Below the pieces are notes generated by a model. It was not told where the DNA came from, did not search any database, and worked only from the letters and a program-made list of their open reading frames with translations. A stretch of 64,000 nt of DNA from an uncultured Collinsella sp. (GTDB taxonomy: Bacteria; Actinomycetota; Coriobacteriia; Coriobacteriales; Coriobacteriaceae): NCBI GenBank assembly GCA_900544235.1, contig UQUL01000003.1, positions 8,559 through 72,558 on the forward strand, given 5' to 3'. The translations under genes and the position numbers were made by a program. The stretch's first letter is position 1. Each line of letters begins with the position of its first letter. Positions 56,890 to 64,000 of the stretch are shown piece by piece.

Positions 56890-59067
56890 ATGAACCTCCG
56901 CTCATCTCTCGCCTGTACCTCGAGCGATATCGCCCGCTGGGGACTGCGCTCTGTCCTCAAGCGCCAGGGTGGCGTGCTTCCCGGCCGCATCGCCATGAAG
57001 ATCGACCCCGAGCTGCTAAGCGACCTCGCGAGCCTGGTCGACCGCAGCGTGGTGATCACCGGCACCAATGGCAAGACCACCACCTCCAACCTCATCGCCG
57101 ACGCCGTTGCCGCCAGCGGCGCCACCGTGGTATGCAACCGCGCCGGCAACAACATGGAGCCGGGCGTGGTGGGCGCGTTGCTCGAGGCACGCGGCAACCT
57201 TAAGCGAACCGCCAGCAGCAAGCGCGTAGGCGTCTTTGAGTGCGACGAGCTCTACACGGTGCGCGTCCTGCCCAAGCTCAAGCCGACCTACTTTGTGCTG
57301 CTCAACCTGTTCCGCGACCAGCTGGACCGCTACGGCGAGATCGACCACACCCAGGACGTCATCGCCCACGCGCTGGAGCTTTCGCCGGCAACGACGCTCA
57401 TCTATAACGCCGACGATCCGCTGTGCGCCTCGATCGCCGCACGCGTCCCCAACACGAGCATCGCCTTTGGCATCGACGGCGCCACGGGCACCGAGTCCGA
57501 TCGCATTAGCGACTCGCGTTTTTGCTCGCAGTGCAACGCGCCGCTGGAGTACGACTATGTGCAGTACGGCCAACTCGGCGCCTATCATTGTCCTTCGTGC
57601 GGTTGGGGTCGTCCCGCGCTGGTCCGTCGCGTGACAGGCGTTGAGCTCACCTGCAGTGGCTACGGCTTTGACCTGAACTTTGGACCCGATACCGACGCAC
57701 CTGCAACGCACATCGTCACGCGCTACAACGGCCTGTACATGGTCTACAACGTTGCCGCCGCCTTCTTTGCGGCGCGCGAGCTGGGCGTGGACGCAGCTCA
57801 CCTGCAGCCCACGCTCGATGCCTACGTCCCCGCCGGCGGACGCATGGGCCGCTGGGAAATCGCCGGCCGTACCGTCGAGGCCAATCTGGCCAAAAATCCC
57901 GTAGGCTTCGATCGACAAATCCAGTCCATTAAAACAGCAGGTGGCAGGCTCTGCGCCTTCTTCCTGAACGACAACGATGCCGATGGCCACGATGTATCGT
58001 GGATCTACGACGTCGACTTTGAACGCATCGCCGACACAACGGGGCTTGTCGCCTTTGCTGGCGGCACGCGCGCGCACGACATGCAGGTACGCCTGAAGTA
58101 CGCCGGCATCGACGCCGCCATCATCTCGAATATCGAGCAGGCGATTGGCACCGTGGCAGACGAGGAGGCTGGCGACACTTTCTATGCCGTCGCAAACTAC
58201 ACGGCCTTCCCGCCGCTGGTCAAGGAGCTCGACGAGCTTAAAGGCACCGATGCGGCTACGGTTGCCGCCCACGCTGCAACGTGCGCCGATGGCAGTGCCG
58301 TCCCCGTCGGCGTCGCGCCGACCGAGCTCTCGCGCCCGCTGCGCATCGTCTACCTGTATCCCGATGCCCTCAACCTCTATGGCGACGGCGGCAACGTCAT
58401 CGCCCTCGAACGCCGCTGCGCCTGGCGTGGCATTCCCGTGCACGTGGACGAGGTCCGCATGGGCGAGACGCTCGATCTCACCGACGCCGATATCGTCATG
58501 ATGGGCGGAGGCTCCGACCGCGACCAACTGGCCGTGGCACACGAGCTGCTCGCTCAAAAAGACAAGGTTGCGGCCTATGTTGAGGACGGCGGCACACTGC
58601 TTGCCATCTGTGGCAGCTATCAGCTGCTCGGCCGTTCATACTACATGGGTGAAGATCGCATCGAGGGCTTGGGCGTCATTGCCGCCGAGACCGTGCGCGG
58701 CTCCGACCGTCTGATCGGCAACGTCGCCGTCAAGACCGACCTGGCGCCCGAGCCCTTTGTGGGATTCGAGAACCACGGCGGCCGCACTCTGCTCGACGCA
58801 GATGCCACGCCGCTTGGAACGTCCGTCGTCACGGGCACCGGCAACAACGGAGACGACGGCTTTGAGGGTCTGATCTACAAGGGCGTCATCGGCACGTACC
58901 TGCACGGACCAGCGCTACCCAAGAACCCCGAACTCGCCGACTGGCTCATTACCCACGCCCTCGAGCGTCGCGGCGATGCGCAGGCCACAGCCCTGCTGCC
59001 GCTCAAGCCCCTCGACGACACCTACGAGCACGCCGCCCACGACGCCGCCATGAAGCTCCTCCCCTAA
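56890..59067 (+). CDS. murT: fused MurT-GatD lipid II isoglutaminyl synthase
   Basis: Single 725-aa ORF. The Mur-ligase part has GTNGKTTT, a Cys4 ribbon (CSQC...CPSC) and a DUF1727-like WIYDVDFE. A ~30-aa linker follows. The GatD amidotransferase part runs from about 58339 (LYPDALNLYGDGGN, AICGSYQLLG, YLHGP). Confidence 0.85.
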   Translation: MNLRSSLACTSSDIARWGLRSVLKRQGGVLPGRIAMKIDPELLSDLASLVDRSVVITGTNGKTTTSNLIADAVAASGATVVCNRAGNNMEPGVVGALLEARGNLKRTASSKRVGVFECDELYTVRVLPKLKPTYFVLLNLFRDQLDRYGEIDHTQDVIAHALELSPATTLIYNADDPLCASIAARVPNTSIAFGIDGATGTESDRISDSRFCSQCNAPLEYDYVQYGQLGAYHCPSCGWGRPALVRRVTGVELTCSGYGFDLNFGPDTDAPATHIVTRYNGLYMVYNVAAAFFAARELGVDAAHLQPTLDAYVPAGGRMGRWEIAGRTVEANLAKNPVGFDRQIQSIKTAGGRLCAFFLNDNDADGHDVSWIYDVDFERIADTTGLVAFAGGTRAHDMQVRLKYAGIDAAIISNIEQAIGTVADEEAGDTFYAVANYTAFPPLVKELDELKGTDAATVAAHAATCADGSAVPVGVAPTELSRPLRIVYLYPDALNLYGDGGNVIALERRCAWRGIPVHVDEVRMGETLDLTDADIVMMGGGSDRDQLAVAHELLAQKDKVAAYVEDGGTLLAICGSYQLLGRSYYMGEDRIEGLGVIAAETVRGSDRLIGNVAVKTDLAPEPFVGFENHGGRTLLDADATPLGTSVVTGTGNNGDDGFEGLIYKGVIGTYLHGPALPKNPELADWLITHALERRGDAQATALLPLKPLDDTYEHAAHDAAMKLLP

Positions 59068-59074
59068 CGCCCCG

Positions 59075-59111
59075 CCACCACAAAGGGACAGGCACCTTTG
59101 TGGTGGTTTTT
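59075..59111 (+). terminator. rho-independent terminator
   Basis: Perfect 12-bp stem CCACCACAAAGG / CCTTTGTGGTGG followed by TTTTT. Confidence 0.8.
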
Positions 59112-59166
59112 CAATCTGCCAACGATATGTGAACGGATAAAAAAGTCTGCTATACTCTTTCCCGCT

Positions 59167-59243
59167 GTCCCCATCGTCTAGCGGCCAAGGACGCCACCCT
59201 TTCAAGGTGGATATCGCGGGTTCGAATCCCGCTGGGGGCACCA
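59167..59243 (+). tRNA. tRNA-Glu (anticodon TTC), CCA encoded
   Basis: GTCCCCATCGTCTAGCGGCCAAGGACGCCACCCTTTCAAGGTGGATATCGCGGGTTCGAATCCCGCTGGGGGCACCA folds as a cloverleaf. Anticodon loop is CTTTCAA. Confidence 0.9.
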
Positions 59244-60647
59244 TTTGCATTTTGTACGAACCCGCTGGATGTCAAGTCTGGCGGGTTCGTTGTTTTCCAC
59301 GTCGTAGTTCAGCGTCACTATGCACTCTTCGTCGCTCACGCTCGCCTGGTATACGAACGCCTTCAATAGAGTCGCGTCGTCCAGGGCGGAGCCGCATTGC
59401 AGGAAGTCGGCCAGCCGCTCGGGGTCTATCTGATCGTCCCTGATCGCCTCAAGGTCGAGCTTGGCGCGGTCGCGCTGATGCTCAAGCTCCGCTATGCGCT
59501 CCTTCGCGCCCGGGGCGATTATGCCCTGTTCGATGGCGTTCAGGATGTTCTTCAGGCCGCGCTCGGCGGCCGAGAGCGATTGGGCGGCCTGCTTGCGCCT
59601 CGCCGCCACCTCTGCCCCGTCCGAGCTTTCCGCCACCATGCGGGCTATCCTCAAGGCCTCCTCGCGGTCTTGCAGAAGAGCCCGCAGCGCCTTGACGATC
59701 TCGCCCTCAAGCTCCTCGCGCCTGACGGGCTTAACGCATCCGTCGTGGCAGCGGTAGTACTCGTACTTGCGGTTGCCGCGCCCGCGCCCGCTCACGCCTT
59801 GCAGGTTGCGCCCGCAGCCCGCGCAGATCGCCTTGCCAGAAAGGGCGAAGTCGCCCCAGCTCTCCGCGCTGCGCTCCTTGGCCGCGCGTATGCCCTGTGC
59901 CTCCATGAACGTCACCTCGTCGATGATCGCGGGCATGCCGCCCTCTTTGACAACGCCGCCCCACTCGTAGCGCCCCGTGTACTTCCGGTTCTTCACCATC
60001 CGCTCGACCATCGAGTAGCCGCACGGGTTTCCCTGCGAGGTCTTGACCCCGCGTGCCGCGAAGTCGCGAGCTATCGAGTTGGTGGTCTCCTTTGCTATGC
60101 GCCGCTTGAACGCCTCGCGCACGAAAGCGGCCTCGTCCTCGTCGATCACGTACTCGTCGGCCTCGTTGCTGGCGTAGCCGAACACGCGCACGCCGTTGGT
60201 CTTGCACTTGAGCGCGTTGCCCTCCATGCCGCGCCTCGTGCGGATCGCGGTCTTCTTCGACTCGCATGCCGCAAGGCCCTCAAGCAGCTTCTCGTAAATG
60301 ATGCCCTCGGGCGAATCTGGTATCTGTTCAAGCGCCGAGACGAGCTTCACGCCGTGCTGGGCAAGCTCGCGCTTGTATATGGGCGCGTCGTACTCCCCAC
60401 GGCTGAAGCGATCCATCATGTACACAAGCACTATGTCGCTCTCACCCGCGTTGGCTACCATGCGCTGGAACTCGGGGCGGTCATCGGTACGACCGCTTAT
60501 GGCATAGTCGCAGTATTCCGCCACGATGGCGTACTTCTCGCGCTGGCACCACTGGCGGCAGATGCGCAGCTGGTCGTCGATGGAGGCCTCGCGCTGCTTG
60601 TTGCACGAAAAGCGGGCGTATATCACCGCAGTTTTAGCTGTTGGCAT
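59202..60647 (-). CDS. large serine recombinase (phage integrase)
   Basis: N-terminal resolvase domain with AVIYARFSCNKQ (catalytic Ser), a recombinase domain and a zinc ribbon (CAGCG...CHDGC). Start re-picked at ATG 60647 (RBS GAGGAGG). The 3' end overlaps tRNA-Glu antisense. Confidence 0.9.
   Translation of the reverse strand: MPTAKTAVIYARFSCNKQREASIDDQLRICRQWCQREKYAIVAEYCDYAISGRTDDRPEFQRMVANAGESDIVLVYMMDRFSRGEYDAPIYKRELAQHGVKLVSALEQIPDSPEGIIYEKLLEGLAACESKKTAIRTRRGMEGNALKCKTNGVRVFGYASNEADEYVIDEDEAAFVREAFKRRIAKETTNSIARDFAARGVKTSQGNPCGYSMVERMVKNRKYTGRYEWGGVVKEGGMPAIIDEVTFMEAQGIRAAKERSAESWGDFALSGKAICAGCGRNLQGVSGRGRGNRKYEYYRCHDGCVKPVRREELEGEIVKALRALLQDREEALRIARMVAESSDGAEVAARRKQAAQSLSAAERGLKNILNAIEQGIIAPGAKERIAELEHQRDRAKLDLEAIRDDQIDPERLADFLQCGSALDDATLLKAFVYQASVSDEECIVTLNYDVENNEPARLDIQRVRTKCKWCPQRDSNPRYPP
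59256..59296 (+). terminator. hairpin + T-run after tRNA-Glu
   Basis: ACGAACCCGC / GCGGGTTCGT 10-bp stem followed by TGTTTT. It lies inside the antisense integrase ORF. Confidence 0.6.
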
Positions 60648-61137
60648 TGAACGGAACCTCCTCGCCACTTCTCTCGCACTCGTCAAGCCAAGAGAACACA
60701 GCTTCTGGATCTGGAATCATGGCAACAATCTCAGGTATCCCCTGCGCGTACCATCCAACGTTTTTGCACCTGATCTTGACCCGGTATCCCATACGGATCA
60801 TTTTTCGAATGCTCTTGCTCATTGGGCTAAAAGAGCCAAATGGCTTGCCTTTATACATAAGCGCGTTGTTTCCGTGTTCGGCAGTATTCCATTCTGTCCC
60901 CGTCAACTCGCTTACAAGGGTGACAGGCTTCCTGGCGACCTCAGCATCGAATGTCTGCCCGACCCTTATTCCCTTCAATGGCCCACCGTAGTAGGTGTAG
61001 ACATCGCGTTCGTGTGAGCCGGATAGAACGATTTCCTTTGTTGGGAACATCTCGGAAACCTTCTCGTGCGCAGTGTTTGAAACTTGATTTATAGCGACCT
61101 TCGCAGCGGCTTTAGCCATATCACCAAGAAGTCCCAT
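60634..61137 (-). CDS. hypothetical 167-aa prophage protein between repressor and integrase
   Basis: No recognisable motif and no HEXXH. G+C is visibly lower than its neighbours. It sits 2 nt after the repressor stop and overlaps the integrase start by 14 nt. Confidence 0.6.
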   Translation of the reverse strand: MGLLGDMAKAAAKVAINQVSNTAHEKVSEMFPTKEIVLSGSHERDVYTYYGGPLKGIRVGQTFDAEVARKPVTLVSELTGTEWNTAEHGNNALMYKGKPFGSFSPMSKSIRKMIRMGYRVKIRCKNVGWYAQGIPEIVAMIPDPEAVFSWLDECERSGEEVPFNANS

Positions 61138-61139
61138 GC

Positions 61140-61352
61140 CTATTCCTCCTCGTATGTCATCCGAGCCATCTCTTCAAGGGACACGCCAAGAGCGTCCGCT
61201 ATCGCCTTAGCTTTACCAAGTGTTGGCTCTTTTGCCCTTCCGCTCAAAAGAGCAGAAATGGTCGATCTAGGGGAACCAATAGCGCGAGCAAGCTCAGCTG
61301 GAGTCATTCCCTGTTCCTCTAAGTAATGTGCGAGAACAAACCGGTACTCCAT
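61140..61352 (-). CDS. XRE-family prophage repressor (cI-like, short)
   Basis: 70 aa. MTPAELARAIGSPRSTISALLSG. Confidence 0.85.
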   Translation of the reverse strand: MEYRFVLAHYLEEQGMTPAELARAIGSPRSTISALLSGRAKEPTLGKAKAIADALGVSLEEMARMTYEEE

Positions 61353-61382
61353 GGCCTCCCCTTACAGTCCAAATATTTACAC

Positions 61383-61443
61383 GTACAAAGTATTGCACGG
61401 TGTAAAACTTTGTACAATACTGTAGGAGTACAAAGTTTTGTAC
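61383..61443. promoter_or_regulatory. lysis-lysogeny switch operators
   Basis: GTACAAAGT occurs three times: forward at 61383, reverse at 61408..61416, forward at 61428. Site 61428..61443 is the palindrome GTACAAA-GT-TTTGTAC. Confidence 0.55.
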
Positions 61444-61459
61444 TGGAGAAAGGAGAAGC

Positions 61460-61663
61460 ATGAACCTGTCGGAGAAGGTCAACGAGTACGCCGAAACGAA
61501 TGGCGTTACACGTGACGCGCTGGCAGACAGTCTCGGTATGAGCCGATCTTCGTTCTTTAACAAAGTTCGAGGTTCGTACGAGTTCAGTCTGTCTGAAGCC
61601 TACGCGCTATCTCGCATCCTCGGCGTTTCGTTGGACGAGCTGCATGAGCTGGCAGTGGCCTAA
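61460..61663 (+). CDS. XRE-family Cro-like regulator
   Basis: 67 aa. VTRDALADSLGMSRSSFFNKVRG. RBS AAGGAG. Confidence 0.8.
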   Translation: MNLSEKVNEYAETNGVTRDALADSLGMSRSSFFNKVRGSYEFSLSEAYALSRILGVSLDELHELAVA

Positions 61664-61794
61664 TGAGCGACGAGAAGCAACAGGAGCAGCGTCAGAAGAC
61701 GGCCCGCGAAGTTGCCTTTGATGGCATGTGCTCGACGATCCGTCAGGCATACCGCGAATGGGAACGCCAGCAGAAGGGAGAAGCGAAGGCGTGA
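61663..61794 (+). CDS. possible 43-aa phage ORF
   Basis: MSDEKQQEQRQKTAREVAFDGMCSTIRQAYREWERQQKGEAKA. TAATG coupling upstream and GTGA coupling downstream. Confidence 0.35.
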   Translation: MSDEKQQEQRQKTAREVAFDGMCSTIRQAYREWERQQKGEAKA

Positions 61795-62153
61795 AGCAGT
61801 GGTCTACACGTGAGCTCAGATACCTCGAAGAGCACGCCGGAGACGGCGCCAAGCAGGTAGCAAAAGACCTCGGGCGCTCCATCGACTCGGTGAAGCACAT
61901 GGCGCGGAAGTGCGGACTCTCACTCCGCAAGCGCCGCCAATGCTCACACTGCGGCCAATGGACGTTCCGCCCGCTGAACAGGATCAGCGGCTGGTGCATC
62001 GAGTGCACGAAGGAGCTTCACATGGCAGACCTCGCCGAACAGGCCAACGCGATGAAGGAGGAGGCGATCAGGGAGAAGAGGAACGACCGCGAGAGACAGC
62101 GCTACTACAGCCAGAAGAGCAGGGCGAAAAAGGCGGCAAAAAAGAGGCCCTAA
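61791..62153 (+). CDS. phage HTH/zinc-ribbon protein
   Basis: GTG start. KQWSTRELRYLEEH...CSHCGQW...CIECTKE, with a basic tail. Confidence 0.55.
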   Translation: MKQWSTRELRYLEEHAGDGAKQVAKDLGRSIDSVKHMARKCGLSLRKRRQCSHCGQWTFRPLNRISGWCIECTKELHMADLAEQANAMKEEAIREKRNDRERQRYYSQKSRAKKAAKKRP

Positions 62154-62200
62154 AAAGCGCCCTAGCAATGACCTGCGAAAACACCGAAAGGAGAACGGAA

Positions 62201-62485
62201 ATGCAGACAAAAAAGAAAGCGAGCGCCCCCCGCTACCACACTTCGGGCACCCGCTACGTAGCCGCCTCGAAAGAGGCTGCGTCCATCATACCATTCGAGG
62301 GCAAGCGCCCGACGGCGCAGGAGCAGCTTGAGCGCTCGCAGTTCAAGGCGGGCGTCATGGTCGGCTTCCTCGCGGCCCTCATGATCTTCCTCGCCGTGCT
62401 CTGGCTCTGGGTCATCCCCACGATGGACCAGGCCGTTGCCGACGCCCAGCGAGCCGTGGGCAGCATGGCGGTGCTCAATGCGTAA
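62201..62485 (+). CDS. phage small membrane protein
   Basis: 94 aa with one TM segment (VMVGFLAALMIFLAVLWLWVI). RBS GGAGAA. Confidence 0.5.
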   Translation: MQTKKKASAPRYHTSGTRYVAASKEAASIIPFEGKRPTAQEQLERSQFKAGVMVGFLAALMIFLAVLWLWVIPTMDQAVADAQRAVGSMAVLNA

Positions 62486-62813
62486 CGACGAGAGATACCG
62501 CCCCAAACCCCAGAGCAACCAGCTTGAGATCTTCGGCCTGGGCATGGCTGGCGAGCAGGACGTTGCCGAGGCCAAGAAGTGGGTCGAGGCCAACCCCGAG
62601 GCGTGGCAGTTCATGCTTTCCAACGCCCGCCGCCTCAAGGAGAAGGGCTACGTGTCGATCAACTACCTGGTGAACATGGTGCGCAACGAGCTGCACGTTG
62701 GCTGCAAGAACGGCATAGCCCCAGCCCTTGCCCGAATCATGGAGGCGCGGTACCCGGAGCTGCGCGGAGCCTTCAACAAGCACCGCAGCCAGAGCGATGG
62801 GTTCAGCGAATGA
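62478..62813 (+). CDS. phage hypothetical protein
   Basis: 111 aa. Overlaps the upstream stop. Confidence 0.5.
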   Translation: MRNDERYRPKPQSNQLEIFGLGMAGEQDVAEAKKWVEANPEAWQFMLSNARRLKEKGYVSINYLVNMVRNELHVGCKNGIAPALARIMEARYPELRGAFNKHRSQSDGFSE

Positions 62814-63271
62814 GCTGGCAGCGCACCCTTGCGGCCACGGCGCACATCACCATGCACCCAGCAGAGCTTGTTGGAAAGCAGCGCCCTATGACCGACTACC
62901 GCAACCACCGCACCTACACGCCGACCAAGACGCTCAAGGCCGAGAAGGCCATCAAGGACGCGTTCCGCGCGGCATACGGCGAGACCTTCGCCGACCACGA
63001 CGGCCCGGTCGTGATGCGGATCTCGACCACCAGGCCGCTCGCGAAGAGCAACCCGAAGTACTGGGAGGGCCGCGCCGACCTCGGCAAGCCCGACTGGGAC
63101 AACCTCGGCAAGCTCGCCTGCGACGCGCTCAACGGGATCGCCTTCAAGGACGATTCGCAGGTCGACATGGGAGCCGTCACCAAGCGCCCGAGGTCGCCAT
63201 ACGGCACCAAACCACGCATAGACATCTACATCGAGTACTTCGTCGAGGAGTACGTGAAGGAGAAGAAATGA
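62810..63271 (+). CDS. rusA: RusA-family Holliday-junction resolvase
   Basis: GKPDWDNLGKLACDALNGIAFKDDSQV. ATGA overlap with the upstream gene. Confidence 0.85.
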   Translation: MSWQRTLAATAHITMHPAELVGKQRPMTDYRNHRTYTPTKTLKAEKAIKDAFRAAYGETFADHDGPVVMRISTTRPLAKSNPKYWEGRADLGKPDWDNLGKLACDALNGIAFKDDSQVDMGAVTKRPRSPYGTKPRIDIYIEYFVEEYVKEKK

Positions 63272-63585
63272 ACGCCAAATACTTCGAAGAGAACGGCTTT
63301 GAGGACTTCCACGGGACCAAGTTCCACAAAGCAGTGCTCGACCACGCCGCCTGCATCGCGAACAACCTCATGTTCGACGCCACGCATCCTGACAACAACG
63401 ACGGCGAGACGGCGGCAAACGCCTACCACGTGATGATCGCGATTTGCGAGGCCGGGCTTTCCAGGATCGACGAGAAGTGCGTCGCCAAGAGCCGCGAGTT
63501 CATCGCCGACAAGATCAAGCCCGTCAGCGAGGAAGAGCGCGAGTTCGGTCGCGCGTTCCTTGCCGCCGTTCTCGGCATCAAATAG
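63268..63585 (+). CDS. phage hypothetical protein
   Basis: 105 aa. ATGA overlap with rusA. Confidence 0.5.
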   Translation: MNAKYFEENGFEDFHGTKFHKAVLDHAACIANNLMFDATHPDNNDGETAANAYHVMIAICEAGLSRIDEKCVAKSREFIADKIKPVSEEEREFGRAFLAAVLGIK

Positions 63586-63596
63586 GAGGTAACGAC

Positions 63597-63800
63597 ATGA
63601 TCAACGAAGCCACCATCCAGGCGCAGTTCAAGCAGGCCACCGTGAAGGGCAGCGTTGCGACCCTGCAATTCGAGATCCTGACCGACAACGCCGACGCCTT
63701 CCGCATCATCAAGCAGAGCGGCAAGACGGTTTTGCTCACCGTGGCTGAGCAGCAGCAGGCCATGGACTTCGACGACGATACGGGCGAGATCTATGGCTAA
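63597..63800 (+). CDS. phage hypothetical protein
   Basis: 67 aa. RBS AGGAGG. Confidence 0.55.
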   Translation: MINEATIQAQFKQATVKGSVATLQFEILTDNADAFRIIKQSGKTVLLTVAEQQQAMDFDDDTGEIYG

Positions 63801-64000
63801 GGAAACCGAACCGCAGCAGGTCGAGGCAGAGGTCATCGAGGCCGAGGCCACCACGCTTGAGGTCACCTACACCGAGGCCACTATCGCTTCGAACATGGAC
63901 GCGTTGGAGGCCCACGTGAAGAAGGTCGTGGCCGACTACGAGGGCGCCACCTACGACCTCACGAGCGCCCAGGCCATCAAGGAGGCCAAGCACGACCGCA
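63793..64000 (+). CDS. phage protein, 5' part only (DUF1351-like by memory)
   Basis: MAKETEPQQVEAEVIEAEATTLEVTYTEATIASNMDALEAHVKKVVADYEG... It runs off the right edge. Confidence 0.45.
   Translation, partial: MAKETEPQQVEAEVIEAEATTLEVTYTEATIASNMDALEAHVKKVVADYEGATYDLTSAQAIKEAKHDR

Larger units (their letters stand above)
59244..64000. mobile_element. prophage (left end; continues past the right edge)
   Basis: Contains a serine integrase, divergent cI/Cro-like XRE pair with operators, RusA, and a run of small tightly overlapping phage-type ORFs. Sits directly beside a tRNA gene. Confidence 0.8.

Noticed and set aside
60634-61137. HIRAN-like or ImmA-like assignment for the prophage middle gene
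   Set aside because: The resemblance to HIRAN is only a vague pattern (YYGG...NALMYKGKPFGSF), and no HEXXH motif exists. I left it as hypothetical rather than name a family.

Overview
High-GC Gram-positive chromosome segment. Gene content and style look like Coriobacteriia (Collinsella/Eggerthella-like), but that is inference only. Almost every real gene carries a long Arg/Gly/His-rich antisense shadow ORF, and the ORF track extends many N-termini to upstream TTG/GTG codons, so I re-picked starts by RBS. Housekeeping genes: trmO, dus, type IIA topoisomerase B/A pair, guaA, ansA, ychF, a fused murT-gatD, tRNA-Glu. Accessory modules, left to right: (1) solute-binding protein translationally coupled to a sensor kinase; (2) two tandem MgtA-type P-type ATPases separated by a receiverless OmpR-type winged-helix protein, plus a structured leader and an unannotated 51-aa membrane ORF; (3) a MITE-like inverted-repeat element; (4) a two-component system divergent from a polyferredoxin, TlpA-like redoxin and fused ABC ATPase/FtsX permease cluster; (5) a LuxR regulator next to a 1455-aa Tat-signal, LAGTG-anchored surface protein; (6) an AAA+/wHTH ATPase preceded by three 19-bp phased A-tract repeats; (7) a MerR-controlled detox operon with a frameshifted CMD-cupin gene; (8) a gene-decay zone containing an intact ToxN/AbiQ-like toxin gene with no repeat antitoxin; (9) a visibly higher-GC island with an orphan lantibiotic-protection ABC transporter plus two-component system; (10) three tandem iron-type alcohol/glycerol dehydrogenases plus a polyferredoxin; (11) two paralogous unknown proteins upstream of murT-gatD; (12) a prophage with a large serine recombinase abutting tRNA-Glu and running off the right edge. 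No rRNA or CRISPR array seen. No single finding is proven novel. The most promising leads are the prophage repressor-X-integrase module, the orphan ToxN-like gene, the polyferredoxin-TlpA-ABC cluster, the giant LAGTG protein and the iteron-like repeats.
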